A stretch of DNA of 64,000 nucleotides from a virus, in the IMG/VR virus record IMGVR_UViG_3300020162_002681, positions 32,001 to 96,000 of that record; one strand, 5' to 3'. Positions 18,479-29,331 of this stretch are shown one piece after another. Position 1 is the stretch's first letter, and each line of letters begins with the position of its first letter. The notes beneath the pieces are model-generated. The model had not been told where the DNA came from. It ran no database searches and saw only the letters and a program-made list of their open reading frames with translations. Both the position numbers and the translations under genes were made by a program.

Positions 18479-18937
18479 ATGACCACACAACCACTTCTCT
18501 CTGTCTCCAACTCTACTACCGAACTCACACCCGAAGAGAATGAACTACTTCTTTCTGCAATCAATCTCAGCAGCCAAGAGAAGACCGTAGCAGCCGAGTT
18601 AAAGAACGTAAAGGTGCAAATCACCGAACTGTTCACAAAACGCTTTGACACCGCAAAAACTGGCACTATCGCGAAGCTTGGTAAATCCAGTATTCAAGTC
18701 AAGCGCAAAGCTGGTAAAAAAGAATTACCAGAAGAACTAATCGAGTTACAATCCAAATTGGCATTCGACAAACAACGTCTACTGACCGCTAATGCTAGTG
18801 CAATCGAAGCTCTGCAACAACAGATTCTCGCTTTACAGACCGATGAAGAGATTGAACTGATGGAGTTCGACTTCAAACAACGTGTTGCTGCCTTGAAAGC
18901 ACCTGAGCCAGAGTACGAAGTAGCGATTAAGGTGTGA
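18479..18937 (+). CDS. hypothetical coiled-coil protein
   Basis: 152 aa ORF. Confidence 0.8.
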   Translation: MTTQPLLSVSNSTTELTPEENELLLSAINLSSQEKTVAAELKNVKVQITELFTKRFDTAKTGTIAKLGKSSIQVKRKAGKKELPEELIELQSKLAFDKQRLLTANASAIEALQQQILALQTDEEIELMEFDFKQRVAALKAPEPEYEVAIKV

Positions 18938-18939
18938 GT

Positions 18940-19155
18940 ATGAGAGCCTACCATTTCTCGGCTATTTTTATTCTAGGTGCTAAATTTCATAATGCATATG
19001 GATGTAGAGTAGCTAATTCAGAACAAAGTATAAAAACATGGTTATTTTCTCAACCAGATATTATTGCCCGTTCTTGTGTTGGCTATGCTTTGACTCATTT
19101 TTCTTGCGGTTTGATTGACCCTGAAATTGCACCAATGAACCGTGAGGACACATGA
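18940..19155 (+). CDS. hypothetical protein
   Basis: coupled ORF. Confidence 0.65.
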   Translation: MRAYHFSAIFILGAKFHNAYGCRVANSEQSIKTWLFSQPDIIARSCVGYALTHFSCGLIDPEIAPMNREDT

Positions 19156-19508
19156 ACATCGTAGAATCTCCTAGACCAGACAATGAACTTGAGGAACTAA
19201 AAGCAGAGCGCTCTTATTATAGAGGCTTGCTAGATGATTTAGCTGACCGAGCTAACTTATATTCTGCGGATGCGTTTGAGCAACTAAAAAATCATATAAC
19301 ACCTAGACCTAGCGCCATTGAAACTAGACAAATCTATTGGCATATTGAAGCTACTAGAAAATGTTCAGGTTGGCGAGGATTATTTTTCAGTAGAAAGTTT
19401 GAAATCGATGTAAAAACTTTGAAAGAACTTGCCGAATGGTTATTGCATTTACAAGAGCAAGGACATATAATTACTGTGCAAACTAGAACTGGAGATAGAG
19501 AACTGTGA
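19152..19508 (+). CDS. hypothetical protein
   Basis: GAGGA SD, ATGA coupling. Confidence 0.75.
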   Translation: MNIVESPRPDNELEELKAERSYYRGLLDDLADRANLYSADAFEQLKNHITPRPSAIETRQIYWHIEATRKCSGWRGLFFSRKFEIDVKTLKELAEWLLHLQEQGHIITVQTRTGDREL

Positions 19509-19780
19509 AACCTAAACGCGACCCTCGCGTCAAACATCGATTCGTCACAGTATTCCCCGTCAACTTCATTCGCGGCAAACACAAATGTCGCGATGGATTT
19601 GAGCGTAGTGTAGTCTGGGAAAAGCCTTGGAGACTGGGGGGAGTGATTTTTGTTCCTCTGTTTCAGTTTTATATTGTAACTCGATTTATCGATAATCAAT
19701 ACATGAAGGAAGATTACACTTACTTTAGTTTAAGATTTATTTGGTGGCAAATTAATGGAAGTTTTTGGTACAGTAAATGA
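19505..19780 (+). CDS. hypothetical protein
   Basis: GTGA coupling. Confidence 0.7.
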   Translation: MKPKRDPRVKHRFVTVFPVNFIRGKHKCRDGFERSVVWEKPWRLGGVIFVPLFQFYIVTRFIDNQYMKEDYTYFSLRFIWWQINGSFWYSK

Positions 19781-20205
19781 CTGGAATTAATGAACTACTT
19801 ATTTTCTTGTTTGGCTTTGGCTTTATAACTTTACTTCCCGTAGCTCTTTACTTGTTATTTGATAAGCCTGTAAAGATTACTATGTATGATGAGGAAGAGT
19901 ATCTTCGCAAATATAGAAACGAAGAAGTCAAACCCCGCGTAAAAGTAGCATTCATTAAAGATGCTGCAAGTAAATTTACTATTAGACAACGCCCTTCTAA
20001 CGGTAAATGGTCTGTTTGCGATGTTCTTGAGGTTGAGTGGGAACAAACTTTCCTGACTTTTGAAGAAGCGGAAAGCGCAGTTAATGCCAAAGCTACTTCC
20101 CTAGTTGATGCCTATATTGAGAAGCATGGAGAAAAACGTCTGATTCCCCAATTCAATCTACCGCCACAACTAAGTTACCTACAAAATACCGATGACTATT
20201 ATTAG
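19777..20205 (+). CDS. hypothetical protein with N-terminal TM helix
   Basis: LLIFLFGFGFITLLPVALYLLF. Confidence 0.75.
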   Translation: MTGINELLIFLFGFGFITLLPVALYLLFDKPVKITMYDEEEYLRKYRNEEVKPRVKVAFIKDAASKFTIRQRPSNGKWSVCDVLEVEWEQTFLTFEEAESAVNAKATSLVDAYIEKHGEKRLIPQFNLPPQLSYLQNTDDYY

Positions 20206-23200
20206 CCAAAAAGTGACCTTTCCTTCAGTCCCAGATACTCGTAAATATTTTGCTCCACGCCTTGAATCTCCCCAGTCGTAAGCTGTCTGTTATAGAGCAA
20301 GCATCCCAGAAACAATCCATTAACATTTGAAGCAATAGAATCTACTGTCAACGCACTACTTGAACTAAATACCAACACCTGAGCGTCTGTGCTGTCCACA
20401 TTAGTTGTGAGAGCCACAGACTCTTTTTTTTGCCGAACATCGGTAATTATCTGAGGGATGCTTGCTCCGTCGCTACTGTAGAACTCTAGATTGTCAGTGT
20501 AGTTGCTTATCAGAATACTGCTGGCAGTCAGAGCGTTTGCATAGCCATATAGACCAGTACTGACAAAGCTTTTTGGTGTAGTCCAGTTGTCAGAAAAGAG
20601 GTACAGAAAAGAAGTACTTTCGTTCGGGCTTCCTACTAGTAGGTCGTAGCTGGCATTAAAGGACAACGAGTATCCAAAATTAGTGGTTGCACTTGTGATT
20701 GTTTTGATGACCGTCCAAGCGCCAGTTTCGTATTTCCAAATTTTTACCTCACCTGCAAAGTTAGCGGTCGCCAAGTAATCCCCCTTCAGCGCAAAATCCA
20801 AATCCGCGCCTGTAATCGTTTGTGTGAGCGTATCTGAGTCGAAAACCCGAACATTTCCTGAGTTGTCCATCGCTGCCCATCGCGACAAAGAAAAATTACC
20901 CAGAATTTTTTTTCCGAAAAAGTTGAAGACACTTACAGGGGTAGTGTTATATATCCCCGCAGACGAAGTGAACTTGTAAATGTTGTTACTGCCTTGAACT
21001 GAAGCAAGAAGCGCTGTGTTGTCATCACTTACAAAAGCTGCCAAACCAAAACCATCAATATAAGGCACTGGACTCGTTTGACCCAAATTAAGGCTGGATG
21101 TCCAAGTAGCGACACCAGTTCTAGTGAAATGAAGTACTCGCCCTTCCCCTAAATTACTATTCTTAACTCCAATGCAAATTAAGTCGCCAGTACTATTTAT
21201 TTGCAGCGAAGCGTTCCCCAAAGCTGCCGCATCGCCAGAAGTAAGTGAAAGAGTGACAGCCGAGCCAAAAGCCCAGATGCCTGTGATTCGACGCACTACT
21301 TTAACTGTATTTGCGAGGTCATCGATATAGACCAAATTACTTTCATCTTCCGAAATAGCAACTTTGCTAAAGCGCCCCGATTGTGTAGTTACTTTTACGA
21401 AATCTCCAATATCAAATTGAAGTGCGCCGACCAACTGAGTGCCTGCGCCACCATTAAATGTGTAGCCAGAATTTGCACCAACATATTTGCGATACGATTT
21501 AGCCGCCAACTCTCGATATACAAAGAACAAGGTGCGAACGCCGACCACCTGCGAAGCAAGATTTATTTTCTGCCCTGAGCTTGCGATGTTGTAGGTTTTG
21601 CCGTATAGGAGCGAAGTTTCTAGTGTTGCTGACGTTGTTGCATTGGATGTAGCGGTGAGGTTAGGAATTGTGCCGCTTACCGTACTTGATTTTGCAAAGT
21701 ATCCATCGAGATAACCAGAAATGTTTGCGATGCCAAAAGTACGTGATTCATTAAGGTCAACGGAGTAATCTTGATAATAAGTACCGTTTGAAACTCTTAT
21801 AGTGATTGGTTTTCGTGCTGGTCGTACTGCAAAATTACTAAGAACTAGCTGGAAAGTTGCTGTCAGTGAATTTGGGGATACAGATACAGTACTAACATTT
21901 AGAGTCGCTTCATTTGTTTGCCAATCAGAGTTATCGGGAATTAGTAAGTGTAAAAAGTACGCTGTTGAATCTAAATATGTACCAGCTTGAGTGATTGTGT
22001 AAGTTGTTGTTGAATTAGGGGCAACACTTATAGAGCCAGCTACAGAAAAAATTCGCCTAGAAAAAATCCCCTGAAAAGTTGAAGACGTTTTGTTCCTGAA
22101 TTTGATTGGGTAAAACTGCTCGACCTTGGCTTGAGGCAAAATTGGGTCGATTTGGGGAAAATATTGGTCAAGATTCGCTACTCGCTCATAGGCAGAAAAA
22201 GAAATTAGGCTAAAGTTTCCTGTTGGTGCTTGGTACTTACTTGAATTGAACCAGAACTTGTAGCTGGGTATTTTTATTTGCAGTGTTGTAGTGAGCGACA
22301 ATACACCATTTAGCCATACTTTTACTACAAACTGGCTAAATTCCAGCTTCAGTACTTGAACAGGCTCTAAAGGGTCAAAAGTGCCAATATTCTGTAGATT
22401 AATGGTGCTTGAGTTGAGTCTGCCAAATTTAAGTAGGTTGTCCAGTTTCCTTACAAAAAAACTGAGGTTAGGTGAGTCCCAATAGCTTAGTAACTCTACA
22501 TTTGCGCCAATGTTAGCAGAAAGAAATCGTAGCTCGGCTGTAAAACTTGAGGTGAGAGGTCGAGCGCTTTGTATGATAAGAGAATTAGGCGTTACTAGCT
22601 TTGTCTGTGTTTTGTAGTCGCGTGTGGCTGTGTCGGTTAGTTTTGTGAAATTGCCAATCTCGTCGGCGTATTTTAGGTAGCAGATTTGGTTGTTGCTTGG
22701 AGCATAGTTAACTAATGCACTAGCAAAAACATCTACACTTAATGATAAAAGCCAAGGTAATGCCACAGACTTATAGCCAATATTTTTGACATCGCCAGTG
22801 AAGTTTCCAATCTTGAAAGTGCCAGACTGAATTTTGTAGTTGAAGGTCAGAGTAGCCGCCGACTCATTAACTTTGATACTCAGCACATTTCCTTTTCTGA
22901 CAACGCGCAAAAGCGCCCATGTAAGCGTAGTGAAAGTTAGTCCTGTTGATATGTCCTCGAAGATACCCGAAGCTACCTGACGTTTGATTACTAGTACACC
23001 AGAGACGATTGCAAACGTGAAGCTATCCGCTACAGTGAATAAAGTTTGATTTATAACTCCAGAGGGATAAAATTGCCCAAAAAAGGAAAAATCGTATTTA
23101 TTTGTAACACTGGAGTAGCTTGTAGATGAAGTGGCGTATGAAATTGTGCTGCTATCGTATATGTCTAAAGAGGTAGGAAGATAATTCTGCTCTGCCTCGG

Positions 23201-23243
23201 TAAATTGAATAGGTTCTGGATTGTATGAGAATCGGGGAAACAT
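20202..23243 (-). CDS. large tail / receptor-binding protein (LamG-like plus beta-propeller)
   Basis: 1013 aa, S/T-rich, FGYSLSF..LLVGSP propeller blades. Confidence 0.65.
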   Translation of the reverse strand: MFPRFSYNPEPIQFTEAEQNYLPTSLDIYDSSTISYATSSTSYSSVTNKYDFSFFGQFYPSGVINQTLFTVADSFTFAIVSGVLVIKRQVASGIFEDISTGLTFTTLTWALLRVVRKGNVLSIKVNESAATLTFNYKIQSGTFKIGNFTGDVKNIGYKSVALPWLLSLSVDVFASALVNYAPSNNQICYLKYADEIGNFTKLTDTATRDYKTQTKLVTPNSLIIQSARPLTSSFTAELRFLSANIGANVELLSYWDSPNLSFFVRKLDNLLKFGRLNSSTINLQNIGTFDPLEPVQVLKLEFSQFVVKVWLNGVLSLTTTLQIKIPSYKFWFNSSKYQAPTGNFSLISFSAYERVANLDQYFPQIDPILPQAKVEQFYPIKFRNKTSSTFQGIFSRRIFSVAGSISVAPNSTTTYTITQAGTYLDSTAYFLHLLIPDNSDWQTNEATLNVSTVSVSPNSLTATFQLVLSNFAVRPARKPITIRVSNGTYYQDYSVDLNESRTFGIANISGYLDGYFAKSSTVSGTIPNLTATSNATTSATLETSLLYGKTYNIASSGQKINLASQVVGVRTLFFVYRELAAKSYRKYVGANSGYTFNGGAGTQLVGALQFDIGDFVKVTTQSGRFSKVAISEDESNLVYIDDLANTVKVVRRITGIWAFGSAVTLSLTSGDAAALGNASLQINSTGDLICIGVKNSNLGEGRVLHFTRTGVATWTSSLNLGQTSPVPYIDGFGLAAFVSDDNTALLASVQGSNNIYKFTSSAGIYNTTPVSVFNFFGKKILGNFSLSRWAAMDNSGNVRVFDSDTLTQTITGADLDFALKGDYLATANFAGEVKIWKYETGAWTVIKTITSATTNFGYSLSFNASYDLLVGSPNESTSFLYLFSDNWTTPKSFVSTGLYGYANALTASSILISNYTDNLEFYSSDGASIPQIITDVRQKKESVALTTNVDSTDAQVLVFSSSSALTVDSIASNVNGLFLGCLLYNRQLTTGEIQGVEQNIYEYLGLKERSLFG

Positions 23244-23593
23244 TAAATAGTTACAATTAAGTTTGCAAATCCAACCACACTGATTGAGCCTGTTAGTGAA
23301 GCGTAAGCCTTAATTACAACTGAACCTGTGTAACACATACCTGAAAGAATCGGAACTATCCCACGACCAGCAGGAATCACTTGCGAGAATATCTGATAGC
23401 CACTTGTACCGCCAATCAACACATAGAGAGTTTGGTCAATGTTGGTGTAATTAAATGCCCCTAACCAAAGTTCGTCAATATTTGTTGCGCTACTTGTGTG
23501 GATAGTATTTGCACTGCCTGATGTGACAGCATTGATGGCTATTGGCAAACCATTTGTGCTACCACCTAAAATCGACTTCTGAAAAGTATCCAA
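23243..23593 (-). CDS. small virion structural protein
   Basis: LGGSTNGLPI...TIHT...DELWL pattern of phage structural proteins. Confidence 0.6.
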   Translation of the reverse strand: MDTFQKSILGGSTNGLPIAINAVTSGSANTIHTSSATNIDELWLGAFNYTNIDQTLYVLIGGTSGYQIFSQVIPAGRGIVPILSGMCYTGSVVIKAYASLTGSISVVGFANLIVTI

Positions 23594-25642
23594 TTATAAA
23601 TCCTCTGAGTGCGGTACAAGTAAACTAGCTTTTTTAACACCCTCATTAATAATAACTAAATCAGCTTCGACACCTGATAAGTCAGTATTAATCAAAATGT
23701 CTGTTTTAGCCTTAATGCTGTCTAACTTAGTTTCGTTAGCATTAATTTCACTTATTATAGCTGTTTGAGAATTACTTACGTTGGCAGGTGTAGCAAAACC
23801 TATTGCAGTTATCCATTGATTTTGATTATTTTGTAATTCATTAGTATCTTCAAGAATAGATGCAATACCAGAATTATTTGGTGCTGTGTAATTAGCTGAT
23901 GCAAGTCTAGTTGAAGTTGGAACATCAATCCTAGCTAATTCTGTAGCAAGTTCAGTTCTGACTTGACTAGCAATAACCAAAGCTGTAGGGGGGATACTGT
24001 AAGCCACAGCAGCCAAACGTGTACCTACCGCTACATCTAGTTTTGTTGAATTAGTGTCAATTTCTGAACGAATAGCGGCTACGGTAGGAGGGATTGTATA
24101 AGAAACACTTGCTAATCGACTTGAAGTTGCAACATCTATTCTTGAAAGCTCTACAGAAAGTTCAGTCCTCACTTGGGAAGCTAATGTACTAGCAGAAACT
24201 GGTGCAGAATAACCCGAAGTTGCCAATCTGCTAGATATAGTTTCATCAAGATTATTAAGTCTAGAATCGTTCGATAACAACGTATTAGTTGGTATTGCAT
24301 CTAAAGTTGTTTGTGATGCTCTGGTTGCAATATCAGCAGATAAAGAAATAGATGGAGTACCTATTTTTGTATTTATAGTTCCAATTGTTGTATTATCTGG
24401 AGAAGTATATCCAGCAGAAGATAAGCGAGTGGAAATTGCTGCGTCAATTCTTCCAAGTTCAGTTGTTAATTCAGTACGAACTTGAGTGGCAACTTGAGAA
24501 GCTGTTGGAGGTATTGTATAGGTAACTCCAGCCAGTCTTGTGCTGACTGCAACATCCAACTTAGTAGAGTTGGTATCAAGTTCTGTTCTAATTTGAGAAA
24601 CTGTAGGGGGAGTAGTTGCATTTCTGCTTGAGATAGCTACATCAATTCGTGCCAACTCTGTAAAAAGCTCCGCCCTTACTTGAGATGAAATAGTGGAGGC
24701 AGATATAGGTGCAGAGTAGCTTGCGGATGGTAATCGGCTACTTATTGCAGCATCGAGATTATCAAGTCTAAGGTCAGAAGAAAGTAATGTTGTGACTGGT
24801 ATGGAATTAACACTGGTTTGAGATGCTCTGGTTGCAATGTCAGCACTAAGAGAAACAGAAGGTGTCCCTAATTTAGTGTTTATGGTCGATATTGTTGCGT
24901 TATCAGGTGCTATGTATCCAGCAGAAGCTAAACGACTAGAAACAGTTGCATCAATTCGCTCTAATTCTGTAGAAAGTTCGGTTCTAACTGCACTAGCAAT
25001 AGTAGTAGGAGAACTACCGCCACCAGCATCAGATAAAGCTTTACCTGCACTTCCAGATATTTGATGCCCAGATAGCAATCTATCCCAAACAGCAGTAGCA
25101 ATACTAGATGCACTAGCTCCACCACCTCCACCTGTCGCACTGTTCAAAACTTCTCCCATTGTCCCAATCACATTGTTAAGTGAAGCAATAGCTCCCCAAA
25201 CTTCTTGGGCAATATCAAATGCTGAAGGTTTAAAGCCAATATTTAAAGTGGCTCCAATAATACCTTTTCCGTCTAAAGTCAATGGTTCAAAAGTAGCAAT
25301 ACCAGCAGCAGAACCAGATTTTACAATACCCCGTATTAAAAATCCTGTAGTTGTAATTAATCCGCCTAAGTTAAGTGTAGCGGCTACAGAACCTATACCA
25401 AAAAGAGAGCTTGAGGTTGTAGCTGCACCAAAAGTTCTAAAAGTACTTCCAATTTCACCTACAGATAATGGTCGCTTTAAAGCATTTTCATAATAGCCTA
25501 CAGGAGATGAGGTTGTTTTACTAAAAGCTACTCTATTAGCCATAGACCAACCAACTCTACCACGAGAATCTATAGAAGTAGAGGCTGCCCCACCACCAAG
25601 AAATCTAATACCATTAGCAGTTATCCCGTTATTAGTCAGCAT
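23594..25642 (-). CDS. repeat-containing fibre-like virion protein
   Basis: tandem VRTELxTELxRIDxAxSSRLAS.xY repeats. Confidence 0.7.
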   Translation of the reverse strand: MLTNNGITANGIRFLGGGAASTSIDSRGRVGWSMANRVAFSKTTSSPVGYYENALKRPLSVGEIGSTFRTFGAATTSSSLFGIGSVAATLNLGGLITTTGFLIRGIVKSGSAAGIATFEPLTLDGKGIIGATLNIGFKPSAFDIAQEVWGAIASLNNVIGTMGEVLNSATGGGGGASASSIATAVWDRLLSGHQISGSAGKALSDAGGGSSPTTIASAVRTELSTELERIDATVSSRLASAGYIAPDNATISTINTKLGTPSVSLSADIATRASQTSVNSIPVTTLLSSDLRLDNLDAAISSRLPSASYSAPISASTISSQVRAELFTELARIDVAISSRNATTPPTVSQIRTELDTNSTKLDVAVSTRLAGVTYTIPPTASQVATQVRTELTTELGRIDAAISTRLSSAGYTSPDNTTIGTINTKIGTPSISLSADIATRASQTTLDAIPTNTLLSNDSRLNNLDETISSRLATSGYSAPVSASTLASQVRTELSVELSRIDVATSSRLASVSYTIPPTVAAIRSEIDTNSTKLDVAVGTRLAAVAYSIPPTALVIASQVRTELATELARIDVPTSTRLASANYTAPNNSGIASILEDTNELQNNQNQWITAIGFATPANVSNSQTAIISEINANETKLDSIKAKTDILINTDLSGVEADLVIINEGVKKASLLVPHSEDL

Positions 25643-25802
25643 TCCAATTATCTGCTATAGTTTGCAGGGCAATAATTAAATCTAGAGCTTCTTGTTTACT
25701 GTTAACTCTAATAAATCTTCCATCAACAACTTCAAAACCTACTACAGTACCTTCATTATAAGGCGGTGTAGCTAATGGGATTTTTAAGCTAGTTCCAAGC
25801 AT
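25632..25802 (-). CDS. hypothetical protein
   Basis: 56 aa from ATG; overlaps both neighbours. Confidence 0.55.
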   Translation of the reverse strand: MLGTSLKIPLATPPYNEGTVVGFEVVDGRFIRVNSKQEALDLIIALQTIADNWNAD

Positions 25803-26691
25803 ATTGAATTTCTCCGCAGACAATACTACCCGCAGTTAAAGCTCCGCCAACTTGAATAAACATTCCCAAGCAAGAATCATCATAAATTCTAGGTAAAGCT
25901 GGAATTTGGTTAAGAAAATCGCGTTCGCCAGCTACGTTAGCAGCAACAAGAGGAATATATGCAATTGGACGATGTAAAACTAGACAACCTACACCAGAAG
26001 TTGCTCCAGTATTGACTGCATAAGATTGTACAGATTGAATACCTAAATCTCCTGCTTGAGTAGGATGGAAAAGACCTCCAACTGTAACAGCCGTATTAGT
26101 TTGACCATAGCAAGTACCAACTGGAGTTGCTGTAGCAGGAGCAAAAAGTGACCCTGTAGGAGCTGCTGTAGTACGTCCAGAAGTGCCAGCTTCATTTGTA
26201 TAGGTTAAGGTGATTTGACCGTTACCAGCAGTTGTAGCAGTTGTGACAATAAGTGAAGCTTGTACACCATTAGCATTGGTTAGTCGTGTATCTCCAGTAC
26301 CAGTCCAAGTTGGATGGTTAGATAAAGTGCTGGGAGCACCAGTTAAAGCTAGTGACGGATACAAATGAATAATATCTGTAAGTAGTAGATAAGAAGGCAC
26401 TGCCGTTGCTGAGGATGTAATTGCTGTCATTGATAACAAATGACGAGTAAGAGCACCCACATCCCCATTAAGAGGTAAAGCACCTACACTAGAACGATTT
26501 CGAGAAATACCTGTGCCAGCAGTACCAGTTAAGACCATCTGACCTCCAGTACCACCTGCGGATAACAATTCGTGCCATCTTCCCGCTGCCGATGTTGCCC
26601 CAGTTTGAATAGTTTTATTAAAACCTAATTTTCTAATGCTTTGATTAACTGTGATTGCATTAACAAGAGCATCAATACTTGAAAAACCCAT
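25789..26691 (-). CDS. putative virion structural protein
   Basis: 300 aa G/T/A-rich beta protein inside the structural operon. Confidence 0.6.
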   Translation of the reverse strand: MGFSSIDALVNAITVNQSIRKLGFNKTIQTGATSAAGRWHELLSAGGTGGQMVLTGTAGTGISRNRSSVGALPLNGDVGALTRHLLSMTAITSSATAVPSYLLLTDIIHLYPSLALTGAPSTLSNHPTWTGTGDTRLTNANGVQASLIVTTATTAGNGQITLTYTNEAGTSGRTTAAPTGSLFAPATATPVGTCYGQTNTAVTVGGLFHPTQAGDLGIQSVQSYAVNTGATSGVGCLVLHRPIAYIPLVAANVAGERDFLNQIPALPRIYDDSCLGMFIQVGGALTAGSIVCGEIQYAWN

Positions 26692-26696
26692 TTATT

Positions 26697-27104
26697 TTAG
26701 TCCTCTGTGATGCTTAAAGCGCCAGCACCTATAATTGGTTGAATGTTTAGTGAAATAGCGAGAGAAGAGTTTAGTGCGCCCTTGTAAAGTACTTTTCCTG
26801 TGCCTGTGGAAGCTGTCCCAATAGCCCAGTGAGTAGCAGTGTCAGTTCCTCCTGTGCAATTACCAAAGAGAATCTGAGCAGCATTTATCGCATTATTATC
26901 TACAACAGTCCATCCTGTATTATCTCTAGGGACAGATATTCGAGCATAACCTGTATAAGAAATTTCTGATGTAGTTTGAACACCAGTTTCCCCGACATCA
27001 GCATTATGTAAAGAAACAAATAAGTTACCACCAATACCACTAATTGCAGTAGCATTAAAAGTGAATAACATTAGGTCATTTTCGTAAGTATTTGATTTAC
27101 TCAT
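26697..27104 (-). CDS. phage tail fibre-associated protein
   Basis: LFVSLH.AD.GE.G.Q..EISYTGYARI..NAAQI.F..ATHWAI..LYKGAL. Confidence 0.7.
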   Translation of the reverse strand: MSKSNTYENDLMLFTFNATAISGIGGNLFVSLHNADVGETGVQTTSEISYTGYARISVPRDNTGWTVVDNNAINAAQILFGNCTGGTDTATHWAIGTASTGTGKVLYKGALNSSLAISLNIQPIIGAGALSITED

Positions 27105-27105
27105 T

Positions 27106-27534
27106 TTATCTTGAAACTATTAAACCGCTTAAAGTTGAGCTATTGTAAGTGCTGTAAAAAGCATCTTGAGAAGCTATGTAAGGAGAAGGTACAAATCTAT
27201 ACCTAATTGTAGCATTGTGGTTATAACTGTAGATTGAACCACCTGCAATATTCTCTACAAATGTGGGGGCAGTGTCCCAAGTGCTTACATAGTAAATCCA
27301 AGTGTTTAAAGTTGCATCTTGCCCTTTCAAACTTTGAAGCCACTCCTGCTCAGTACCAACAAAGCCGTTTATCAAAGCTATAGTATAAGCACTAAGACCG
27401 CTAACCCCTAAAGATGCTACTGTAACTTGTATGTTAGTTGCTACTGATTCTGAAACAAGAATACGAAGCTGATTTGTATTTTCAGTTGCAGTTACCCTAT
27501 ATTCTTGAGTGGTTTGATTTGCAGTTACTCGCAT
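27106..27534 (-). CDS. tail fibre-related protein
   Basis: GLSAYTIALINGFVGTEQEWLQSLKG motif. Confidence 0.65.
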   Translation of the reverse strand: MRVTANQTTQEYRVTATENTNQLRILVSESVATNIQVTVASLGVSGLSAYTIALINGFVGTEQEWLQSLKGQDATLNTWIYYVSTWDTAPTFVENIAGGSIYSYNHNATIRYRFVPSPYIASQDAFYSTYNSSTLSGLIVSR

Positions 27535-27890
27535 TAACTTATCTCTGGCAGAATAGTCCAAACTAAAGGATTAGAGCCGTCTGTAATTGTAGTGACTTTA
27601 CCATTAGGAGCAACCATCTCTATGCCAAATATGTAGCGCTGCGGTTTATAATTTATAACTTGAGGCATGAAATATATCTTACCATTTGTAGGGATTGGGC
27701 AAGTTATATTACCATTAGCAGTACTAAATTCCCAAATTACAGAACCTTGAGGGCTAGTTTTAAATTTGGCAGAAAAAGAATAACCCGTTAAATCCATATC
27801 CGAATACACGCTATTCTCTTCAGTCTCGAAGTGAAATTCAACTCCGTCCCAAGTATCGCCTTGTTTGTGTGGTTTTATTGTGTCAGCCAT
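27534..27890 (-). CDS. BppU N-terminal-like baseplate / fibre adaptor
   Basis: KQGDTW...MDLTGY...GKI...YIFGIEM. Confidence 0.6.
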   Translation of the reverse strand: MADTIKPHKQGDTWDGVEFHFETEENSVYSDMDLTGYSFSAKFKTSPQGSVIWEFSTANGNITCPIPTNGKIYFMPQVINYKPQRYIFGIEMVAPNGKVTTITDGSNPLVWTILPEIS

Positions 27891-27908
27891 TTTTGTTTTA
27901 AGTTACTA

Positions 27909-28388
27909 TTATAATTTTACACTTGTTTTGTAGAGGTGGCATAAAATTGCGGCACACGCATCTGCACAGTGATTATCCCTCAATTGAAATTTTCGCTCTG
28001 GAAATACTTTTTCAACTGCTTTGATAACATCTTGTTTATCAGAACCCCCGAAATGAGCCACTGCTTTTTTGATTTCTGTTGGCATATAGGAAAATTCTTC
28101 TAGCTGGTATTTATTTGCTAAATATCGAGTCACACCTATAGACTGGTTGAGTTTTGCGCCAATATCCCCTTTTAATACAGGATTTTCATAGATATAAACA
28201 GTTGGCTTGTATTCTTTGACTATTTTTTTGAAATGGTCAACTATATCCGCAAGATTTTTTGGTAATGTATCTTTTTTATCTGTATAGAAATTTTCCGCAT
28301 AGAGAAGTTGCAATTTTTCTTTTTCTGCACTTACAATTGCAAAACCGCTATTCCTGAAGCCAACATCATTACCAAGATAAATAGTCAT
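27909..28388 (-). CDS. ruvC: RuvC-like Holliday junction resolvase
   Basis: LGNDVG..NSGFAIV, YEN, PTEIKKAV..G.SDK, NHCADACA. Confidence 0.85.
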   Translation of the reverse strand: MTIYLGNDVGFRNSGFAIVSAEKEKLQLLYAENFYTDKKDTLPKNLADIVDHFKKIVKEYKPTVYIYENPVLKGDIGAKLNQSIGVTRYLANKYQLEEFSYMPTEIKKAVAHFGGSDKQDVIKAVEKVFPERKFQLRDNHCADACAAILCHLYKTSVKL

Positions 28389-28422
28389 ATAAACTAAAAT
28401 ATAGATAAAACAACATTAACAC

Positions 28423-29331
28423 ATGACATTATCACTGGACTATATAGCAGACAACGCACTTCAATGTCGTAGCTATCTTGATTTCACTAACCCAGCCTAT
28501 ACATCTGTTAGTGGAAGTACTCTGACCCAACTAAACCTTACTGGTAACACAGATTATGACTTTATTTCCACAGGGGTGATAAACTTCCCGCAAAGAGGTA
28601 TTGAGGGGATAACATTCACTTCTACCCAAAAACTAGCTCCTCGCGTTTCAGGTATCATTGGGGCTGGCGCTTCTAGCTACTCTTTGCTTATTGTGTCAAA
28701 AAATTCCAACAACTCACTACTAAAAGTTGGCAAAACTAACCCCAATCTGCCCAAACTACTAGAAATTGACTATACCGCTACAAATTTCACGCAGAACTAT
28801 TCACGACTTAATGTTGATGACCGAGAACTAACCCTTAGTGACCTCGAAACGACTCAAGTGTGCTTGCTTTCGCATGATGTTGTTACTGGTATAACCAATA
28901 CATCAATAAATTTAGCTGATTTTCAACAAAATACCAAACTTGACGCAGGATATATGCTTCCAAACTTATCTTCGTTTATTTTAGGTGAGGGATTTGGTGG
29001 TGAACTACTTAATTTTCTTCTTTTTGTGCCAGCTATTGAAAATGTGCATCTTTTGGAGCTCGGACGAAGAATATCTGACTACATACCACAAGCAGAGCTG
29101 AAATTTGACAAACTATTACTGACAACAGAAAGTAAACTAGAATTGGCAACAACCTCTCTTTCTGCCCCTCATATGAAATTTTCGCTACCTATAAAATTAA
29201 AAAACTTAGAAACCAATAGTAGTCTAGGTTTCAATAGTTCTCTAATAGTAATTGCAAGCTACTTATGGGACAATCTAAATGAAGAATCATGGGGCAAAAT
29301 TTCTGAAGTACTATGGGACTCTATGGGCTAG
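28423..29331 (+). CDS. putative virion protein (LamG-like)
   Basis: 302 aa beta-rich; FILGEGFGGELLNFLLF. Confidence 0.5.
   Translation: MTLSLDYIADNALQCRSYLDFTNPAYTSVSGSTLTQLNLTGNTDYDFISTGVINFPQRGIEGITFTSTQKLAPRVSGIIGAGASSYSLLIVSKNSNNSLLKVGKTNPNLPKLLEIDYTATNFTQNYSRLNVDDRELTLSDLETTQVCLLSHDVVTGITNTSINLADFQQNTKLDAGYMLPNLSSFILGEGFGGELLNFLLFVPAIENVHLLELGRRISDYIPQAELKFDKLLLTTESKLELATTSLSAPHMKFSLPIKLKNLETNSSLGFNSSLIVIASYLWDNLNEESWGKISEVLWDSMG

Noticed and set aside
23594-25642. CRISPR array or DGR template/variable repeat
   Set aside because: The repeats are in-frame degenerate coding repeats without spacers, and no Cas or reverse transcriptase gene is in the window
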